Part shown: piece after piece, positions 56,491 to 64,000 of the stretch | Numbering within the stretch: position 1 is the stretch's first letter | Layout: each line of letters opens with the position of its first letter | Assembly: GCA_051294375.1 (NCBI GenBank) | Contig: CM119263.1 | Location: 24,161,657-24,225,656, forward strand | Source of the DNA: Paraspadella gotoi | Lineage: Eukaryota; Animalia; Chaetognatha | Length of the DNA stretch: 64,000 nt | Direction of reading: 5' to 3' | The notes under the pieces: generated by a model | Database searches by the model: none | What the model saw: only the letters and a program-made list of their open reading frames with translations | What the model was told of the DNA's origin: nothing | Translations under genes and position numbers: made by a program

Positions 56491-56916
56491 TTACTGAGAT
56501 AGTTTCTCCGAAAAAGTTGGTATACTGGGCTGCCAGGATGACCGTGAGATGATCGAAGTAAACGTGATTGAAGATATTTTCGACGGCGGGGGCGGATGTA
56601 AGGAACTCGGTCGAAAGCTTCGCCGGTGTTGTCGCCAAAACTTTAACAACGGGCTTCTTTGCTGCCAGTTCTCAAGTTTTCCTGCGAACAGAGAACGGTA
56701 GTGGTTAAACTTTCTCAACTTTCAATAGGTTTTTGTTGACTCTCATTCGGGCAAAGAAAAGGTAACCCAAAATGTCGCTACCTCTAACCTTAATAAAGGT
56801 CAATAACTAAGTGGTCATTTCGACTTGGCCAGAACATAGAAGCGAAGTGAAAGATCCTTACCGTCAAACTTCATGGCCCATGGCGTGGGATCGTGATCAG
56901 AATACAGCGATGACAT
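56491..56916 (-). CDS. Possible small two-exon ORF (81 aa) between CA and Maf1; could instead be UTR exons
   Basis: CAG|ATG at 56916, donor G|GTAAGG after 56862, acceptor TTCGCAG|GA at 56681; phase 1 matches. Reads MSSLYSDHDPTPWAMKFDGKLENWQQRSPLLKFW...KLSQ*. No recognisable homology. Confidence 0.3.
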
Positions 56917-57182
56917 CTGTTTTTTGTTAAGGTAGGTGAACTGTGAAAAATGTCTTTACGGCCTAATTTGTGAGCCAAGTTCGGCGCCGATCCACTATGT
57001 GACTTAATACTGACGAGAAATCCGAATGATTGGCCGCTACAACTGTTTTAACTAATTTTAAAAGCAAAATACGTAGAACTAATATCACAAGAAAATTGTG
57101 GAATAAATAGCGCATGGCGGAATAAAAAGTCGAAAAACCAAAAAAAATTTCAATTTTTTTCCCGTTGGTATTCACTCTCAAA

Positions 57183-60100
57183 TTAAGAAAATCTTTGTGC
57201 GGAAAAGTTTCTTGAGAGTTTGCGTTTATTGAGCGGACAAATCGGGCGGTAATTGTTGCAGATCTTCGGGCCATCTTCTTCGCCGGTCGCGTTAAGCTGG
57301 CGCAAAATATCCATTTGCTCCTGAAAGAATGGACCCAATATCTCACCAATCGTAAGTTAAATCTTAACATAAAACGACCTTGATTCCAAAACTTATCCGG
57401 CTTATTTTTACATTCGCCGACCGGGATTTTGCGGTCGGTTATGTTTTTTCGCTTCTTATGAGCGACATATAGAAATCTCGCTATTAAAAAATAAAAATAA
57501 GAATACTGGTAAGGGTAGAAAAACTTTTTATTACAAATCCCTAACCACCTCTAACCCTAACCACTAAGGCGGAACAAAGTAAAAACTAAGAGTTCTGTAA
57601 TATAAATAACGTTAGAACATCCCTGTAGGATAACGAAATTTAAAACAAATTTAGGATTTGATGTATAGTTAATAACATAGAAGCATTTAAAGTTTACCCG
57701 AATCCGTTTTTAAAAAATCTGAATTTTGAAAACAAAATACGATAAAATAAAATAAAATAAAATAAAATAAAATAAATACGATAGAGCTTGAAAACATAAA
57801 TAAAAAATATTACTACAAGATTTCAAAATTTTTATGTTTTATTGGTTAAAATTATAAAAAAAACTATAAAAATTATAGTACGATGATGATGATGATGATT
57901 TTATGAGTTTTTCCATCATTTGACCCACTTATCATCGAAATATTGAAAAACGCATTATACTTTGTGTATAAAGAATCCGTTCTTAAAAAAGAAAAATTTA
58001 AAAAAAAAATGTTTTCATNNNNNNNNNNGTAGAAAAACTTTTTAATACAAATCCCTAACCACCTCTAACCCTAACCACTAAGGTGGAACAAAGTAAAAAC
58101 TAAGTTCTGTAATATAAATAACGTTAGAACATCCCTGTGGGAGCTTCAATGTGATACTATGCTTCACTAGTTAAAAAAGTGATAGTATATTCATTAAGTA
58201 TGATGGACAAATGAATTTTAGATAACAGAACTCTTCATGATAAAAAGTGAATATTTAGCCCGCCCTACTACACACCCCTAATCCCTAACCAACCCTAATA
58301 CCTAACCAATAAGGCGTAGTAAAATTTCTAAATTTAACTTTAATTAAAATTCTAAAAGTGAGGAACGAACAACATTATATTAATGAAACATTTATGTAAT
58401 TAAAAAATTTATAATAAACTTTACAATTTACCAGTAGCCATATTATACTAGTACTAAACCAATAAATGTTAAAATTTTAAAAAGGTTTTTTCTAAAGATT
58501 TTTTTGCAGATTTAGATTCGTCATAAAAAGTTGATAAAAGAAATATATAACTCTTTTAAAAAATTCCTTCATTAAGTGGGTCAAAAATTAGAAAATGCTA
58601 TATTTTAAGGCTGAAAATTAACTTTTTACATATTAAATAGTTTTTTTAATTTTTAACCCACTTAATGAAAGAATTTTTAAAAATGATTTATATTTTCTTT
58701 TATTAACTTTTGACGAGGAATTCAAATCTGCAATCAGAATTAAGAAAAGCCTATTTTGAAATTTTTCGATTTTATAAGTTAGTACTATATATAAATATAG
58801 CCTACTGCGAAAATTAAAAAACATAAAAATTAATTTTTTTTACAATTATTGTTTACTGATGGTATGTTGTTCATAATTGACTTTTAGAATTTTCGTATGT
58901 AACTTTCACTACGCCTTCTAACCAACTTAACCCAATTGCTAACCGTTTAAAAAGTATAATATAAAAATTTTGTTTTTCCTTTCCTTTTTTTTCTTTATTT
59001 GTTTACGTACAAGGAGTTTTATTAAGAAACAAATTTCGGACATGTTTCGGCTTCAATGTAAACCTTCATCAGCGAAAACGAATTGATTTGTGAAACAAAT
59101 ATTTTCACAAATATTGAAGTTTGAAGAAAAGGAGAGAGAAAGTGTGTAAAAATATTTGTTTCACAAATCTGTTTTGCACTGATGAAAGCTTACATTGAAG
59201 CTTAAACGTGTCCAAAATTTATGATTCTTTATAAAACTCGTATGTAAACAATTCATTTTCTACCTCAAACATAAAAATAGCAATTAAAATGAATTAAAAA
59301 AAATATTATTTATTATAAAATTATGAAATTTATATTGTTATTTATATTATATACTGAACAAAAAAAATGTATATTATTGCGCAAACTGAGGCTCGACGCT
59401 AGAGGGAAAACAAAATTAAATGGATTATCAAAGCACCGACCGTGGTAGCTTAAGATGGTTGCGGACGTCGAATAGTAAAGTTACCCACTTATTCTTTCCT
59501 TAACTTCCACGAAGGTAAGAGGCAAACCTTACCTGAGAGAAGGCGATCGGCTTAACAAAGTTGATCCATGTCACCGACTCGTGACACGGGGCGTGGTGAG
59601 CGATCCAAAATAAGTGAAGAATTCTGGTGCCGCGCCAGGAATTAACGACGCAGGATTTACACCTCCGATTGAGGTCAAATCCATCCAACTTCCTCTGAGA
59701 CATGACGTAAGTCAAGGTTAGTTATAGTATTGAATAGCATTTGGCCAAGTTGTTGCGAATCCGAAATTCGCCTCCTGGATAGCAGTCAAACCCATTTGGG
59801 ACGAACTAAGTATTCGTTTACCAACCGTGAGTTACGTGTTCGATTCCTCAGGATCAGGCTCGTTAAAGTGTGATGGTACCGGTATAAACACGCCATTGCA
59901 GGTCCAAAAACCTGAGCGTAACCTGTCGAGAGATTTTCTCACACCCTGGGCATCACAGACACCCTCCCCGTTCCTACAAAGCTTTAATTGTCACTTCTAC
60001 TTCTCAGCATCTCTTCGCTCACTTGAGCTTGCATCCCTCGAGCAAAATGTCGAAAAGCGGTTTTAGCCCCTTATGCTCAGCGCGACGTTTATGAAGGCCC

Positions 60101-60791
60101 CAACACGCAGAGACCGTCCGGCTTGTCGAAGGCCTCTCCGATGCTTCCGTAAGCCTCATTAAAGTGAACGAGGTGAACCTCGGCCGGGAAGGCGCGACCC
60201 TCGAGGGTGTGCTCCGACCCGTGCCTGGTGTCGTCGCCCCAATGAAAGTGAAATTGTTCGAGACGGAATCGACCCCGTAAGGGTCCTCCTAAATCATGAG
60301 TAGATGATTAAAGGCTCGGCCACACACGCACCACCAAAAACCACTGATACTGCCCCCGATCTCACCACTAAGCAACGATCTGGCGCCATCGATTTCAACC
60401 CTCAGCTGGCGTCCATCGTTCACGGCTTGCTTCGAATCTTTGGGACATATTTCCACGATAACTTGGCTTCCTCAAGGGCTCTGTACCATGGAACTTTTAT
60501 AGGTCAGAATCCACTCACGTCGCCGGAAATTAATTAGCAACAGAATAATCACAGTGAAAACCACGGGTCTTCGACTGACGAAGAGTGGCTGAGGTCGATA
60601 GGCGACTGGCAATCTCCTAGAGCGCAGGGAAAATGTTTGGGCCACAAGACCGGTCCGTTGTTGTTGTTGTTATAGCCCCAATTTTCGAGAGTCAAAGGTT
60701 CGTTGAGCTGCGCCGCCTTTCCGTGCAAGGCGTTCGAGACGTAGCGAGACACGGAGTTGAGGACACCGGCAAGGAAACCCGTGTGCAGCAT
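57183..60791 (-). CDS. Alpha-carbonic anhydrase (5 exons; four apparent 1-nt deletions in this copy)
   Basis: Exon 60791 (or 60830)-60565: WGY...GPVLWPKHFPCALGDCQSPIDL. Exon 60480-60366: NDGRQL...LSG. Exon 60288-60023: GPL...QFHFHWG...GSEH...EVHLVH...DGLCVLG. Exon 59694-59533: YFGSLTTPPCHESVTW. Exon 57320-57183: EQMDILRQL...NNYRPICPLNKR...*. All three Zn-binding His are present. Confidence 0.93.
57538..58309. repeat. Short degenerate interstitial CCCTAA/CTAACC arrays
   Basis: CCCTAACCACCTCTAACCCTAACCACTAA at about 57538-57567 and 58052-58081; related arrays at 58275-58309 and 62824-62858. Confidence 0.6.
58310..58917. mobile_element. hAT-like foldback MITE with 8-bp target-site duplication
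   Basis: TIRs (T)AAGGCGTAGT...ACTACGCCTT with long imperfect inverted arms. TSD CTAACCAA at 58302-58309 and 58918-58925. The duplicate locus has a single CTAACCAA (62851-62858) and no element. Confidence 0.85.
58999..59251. mobile_element. Inverted duplication of a Penelope-like pseudo-LTR fragment of about 110 bp, with a hammerhead motif in each arm
   Basis: Arm 58999-59109 is the imperfect reverse complement of 59143-59251. A second genomic copy lies at about 62933-63188. Confidence 0.7.
59034..59077 (-). ncRNA. Minimal type I hammerhead ribozyme motif (PLE-type)
   Basis: Minus strand reads UUUCG CUGAUGA A GGUUU ACAUUG AAGCC GAAAC AU GUC CGAAA: intact core, 5-bp stem II, 2-bp stem III with palindromic ACAUGU, and stem I UUUCG/CGAAA. 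Confidence 0.7.
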
Positions 60792-61592
60792 CGTCGACCC
60801 TCCTAATTTAGCGACTCGAGCGGAATGCATGGGACGGAGAAATAAATGTGAATTAAAAATACTCAGTTGGTAATAGTTTTATTTTGGATTAGTTTTTATT
60901 TTAATTTTCCTGGGAAGGGGATGAAGTATTCGTATAATATCATCGCTCGCAAATTTAGAATAACTTGATTTCGTTTTAAAACTAATAGCTGCAAATTATT
61001 GTATGCAGACGGACCGATTAAAAACAATTTAATAATAATAATGCCGGATGAGAGAGTTGAAAACAATAGCATATAAATATCATATACGCGTGATGAAATC
61101 GAACAAATGAAATACAGATAGTAAAAAGTGTGATGGTTCAGGAACATTTTCGACAACGACGTTAATTAACGCTCTGATTTTATTTTAATCAACGGCACAA
61201 CAAACGAACAAACACTATATACATGATTGGTACGACCTCAAAAAGAATTTAAATAGGAATGAGTTTTAATTTATGAGGAATAAGAGTTCGAGGAAAAAGA
61301 GAGGAACCGGGACGTTACGAGTTCCAGACGAAAACGGATGAGATTCAATGACATTTATTACTACCACTTCACTGGAGTTCCCACGAACCTCGTCAAAAAC
61401 CAGAACGTCATTAAACAACACGAGTCAATTTATTTCCTTATTAAGCAAGTTAAAAATGTCGGATAAAACATCGTCAACCAAGCTAAAAATTCTACGCTAT
61501 TTAAAATTGAAATAAAAAGAATTTATCTTCATTGATGATAATAAATGACAACGTCTAGGGGAAGGAGGCCGGGTCGCGACCCGCTTTCGAAA

Positions 61593-61859
61593 TCAAGCTC
61601 TCGATTCGCCGTCCGGCGGTTGCACGTATTTCCTTTTCTTCTTCGGCCTGGTTCCCTTTGCAGGATCGATCGGCGATTCTGAATCGCGGACGAATGAGTG
61701 GAGCCAGTAGTCGGGCAGCAGCTTTTGCACGAGACCGTCGAAAAGCTCCTCGAGCTTCTTGCCCGCCTCCCCGACCTCCGACGAAGGTTTGTTGAATTTG
61801 CGCAGTTGGTGAAGATGAGGCCGACCTCGTGAAGGAAGTCCTCGTCGTATCGTAAGCGC
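61593..61859 (-). CDS. Terminal exon of a protein with a C-terminal bromodomain (partial; two apparent 1-nt deletions)
   Basis: Acceptor ACCCAG| at 61860/61859. Reconstructed AYDTxEDFLHEVGLIFTNCAKFNKPSSEVGEAGKKLEELFDGLVQKLLP...PKKKRK...* matches the bromodomain B/C helices with the conserved Asn, followed by an NLS-like KKKRK. Confidence 0.75.
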   Translation of the reverse strand, partial: ALTIRRGLPSRGRPHLHQLRKFNKPSSEVGEAGKKLEELFDGLVQKLLPDYWLHSFVRDSESPIDPAKGTRPKKKRKYVQPPDGESRA

Positions 61860-62410
61860 CTGGGTTAGGTAGCGGAGCGAGAGATTAATTTTTGATGCTC
61901 ATTTATAATCATTATTATAAAATTCACAAACGTTTCCAAATTTATTTCGTGTTAACAAATCTGTAATCTCTGAATGGAATTATGATTCTTATCTGAAACC
62001 CCCCCCACATTAGCCTTTTGTCTCCCCAAAAGGCGAGACACCGCCGCTGTGACCAGAACAGTGAAACAGAAACAAAAAGTCCAAACGAAAAAAATACGTC
62101 TCCCGGCTCAGCCGCGAGCAGAGTGCTGCAGGCCGAGTCCCGACGCTGCATTCACTCTGTCCGAATTCTGCTGAGGCCGCGGGGCAAGGTCACTAGTCCC
62201 AGAAAACGCCAAACGAAGCGCCCCATGAGACGTCCCTGGCAGTAAAACCGGAAGAAGGTTTGATCTCCGGACGGCTTCCCGGCGCCTGAGAATACGGCCG
62301 AGATCGACGCCTGCGGGCGTAAGTTCCGAGACCGGCCATGGGGCACGAGTAGATCCTGGCGGAGCGTCGCCATTCGCCTCGTTTANNNNNNNNNNNNNNN
62401 NNNNNNNNNN

Positions 62411-64000
62411 TGTTTTCAAAATTCAGATTTTTTAAAAACGGATTCGGGTAGAGCTTGAAAACATAAAAAATATTACTACAAGATTTCAAAATTTTTGTTT
62501 TATTGGTTAAAATTATAAAAAACTATAAAAATTATAGTACGATGATGATGATGATGATGATTTTATGAGTTTTTCCATCATTTGACCCACTTATCATCGA
62601 AATATTGAAAAACGCATTATACTTTGTGTATAAAGAATCCGTTCTTAAAAAAGAAATTTTTTTTAAAAAAATGTTTTCATTGCCTATGCATAAATATTTA
62701 AATGCTTCAATGTGATACTATGCTTCACTAGATTAAAAAAAGTATATGGATGGACAAAACGAATTTTAGATAACAGAACTCTTCATGATAAAAAGTGATC
62801 AATTTTAGCCCGCCTACTAACCACCCCTAATCCCTAACCAACCCTAATACCTAACCAACCTTACCCCAATTGCTAACCGTTTAAAAAGTATAATATAAAA
62901 ATATTGTTTTTCCTTTCCTTTTTTATCTTTATTTGTTTACGTACAAGGAGTTTTATTAAGAAACAAATTTCGGACATGTTTCGGCTTCAATGTAAACCTT
63001 CATCAGCGCAAAAACGAATTGGTTTGTGAAACAAATATTTTCACAAATATTGAAGTTTGAAGAAAAGGAGAGAGAAAGTGTGTAAAAATATTTGTTTCAC
63101 AAATCTGTTTTTGCACTGATGAAAGCTTACATTGAAGCTTAAACGTGTCCAAAATTTATGATTCTTTATAAAACTCGTATGTAAACAATTCATTTTCTAC
63201 CTCAAACATAAAAATAGCAATTAAAATGAATTAAAAAAATTATTATTTATTATAAAATTATGAAATTTATATTGTTATTTATATTATATACTGAACAAAA
63301 AAATGTATATTATTGCGCAAACTGAGGCTCGACGCTAGAGGGAAAACAAAATTAAATGGATTATCAAAGCACCGACCGGTGGTAGCTTAAGATGGTTGCG
63401 GACGTCGAATAGTAAAGTTACCCACTTATTCTTTCCTTAACTTCCACGAAGGTAAGAGGCAAAACCTTACCTGAGAGAAGGCGATCGGCTTAACAAAGTT
63501 GATCCATGTCACCGACTCGTGACACGGGGGCGTGGTGAGCGATCCAAAATAAGTGAAGAATTCTGGTGCCGCGCCAGGAATTAACGACGCAGGATTTACA
63601 CCTCCGATTGAGGTCAAATCCATCCAACTTCCTCTGAGACATGACGTAAGTCAAGGTTAGTATAGTATTGAATAGCATTTGGCCAAGTTGTTGCGAATCC
63701 GAAATTCGCCTCCTGGATAGCAGTCAAACCCATTTGGGACGAACTAAGTATTCGTTTACCAACCGTGAGTTACGTGTTCGATTCTCTCAGGATCAGGCTC
63801 GTTAAAGTGTGATGGTACCGGTATAAACACGCCATTGCAGGTCCAAAAACCTGAGCGTAACCTGTCGAGAGATTTTCTCACACCCTGGGCATCACAGACA
63901 CCCTCCCCGTTCCCACAAAGCTTTAATTGTCACTTCATTCTCAGCATCTCTTCGCTCACTTGAGCTTGCATCCCTCGAGCAAAATGTCGAAAAGCGGTTT
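62411..64000 (-). other. Second, probably allelic, copy of part of the carbonic anhydrase locus
   Basis: Near-identical to about 57780-60060 apart from the MITE, the gap-duplicated segment and small indels. Contains the intact CA exon 63633-63471 and the 3' end of the preceding exon (63960 to beyond 64000). Begins right after an N-gap. Confidence 0.85.

Noticed and set aside
57538-58309. CCCTAA-like arrays as a telomere
   Set aside because: They are short, degenerate and intronic, with genes on both sides.
62095-62385. GC-rich segment as the upstream bromodomain exon
   Set aside because: No frame gives bromodomain ZA-loop motifs, and it is truncated by a gap; identity unresolved.

Overview
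Eukaryotic genomic DNA from an animal, probably an invertebrate; the taxon cannot be identified from this window. Exons are GC-rich, introns are AT-rich, GA/CT microsatellites are common, and there are four N-gaps. All gene models were spliced by hand with GT-AG boundaries and phase checks. (1) 1-13.6 kb (+): three paralogous cassettes of a single-pass membrane protein family I do not recognise (GVNxxxVG, TM, FLxCTC, then W-x4-RIIEPYCSxRxPEL); the third ends in a Gly/His-rich tail that is about 40% His. (2) 21.2-31.9 kb (-): two tandem paralogues in which an XK-related (Xkr/CED-8 scramblase-like) domain is fused through a long charged linker and a further TM helix to a C-terminal SRCR domain. 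This is the most unusual architecture in the window. (3) Cytochrome c (-, 35.5-36.4 kb, two lesions). (4) An apparently gene-free stretch of about 11 kb containing Smad-type composite elements, followed by Msx (+, 48.0-52.1 kb). (5) A compact minus-strand cluster: a bromodomain terminal exon, an alpha-carbonic anhydrase, a possible small gene and Maf1. The last CA intron holds a hAT-like MITE whose empty site is visible, and a foldback of two Penelope-type minimal hammerhead motifs. 62.4-64 kb is a second, probably allelic, copy of part of the CA locus. Recurrent 1-nt deletions in short homopolymers point to long-read consensus errors rather than pseudogenes. No CRISPR, rRNA or convincing tRNA was seen. 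No database searches or folding programs were run.
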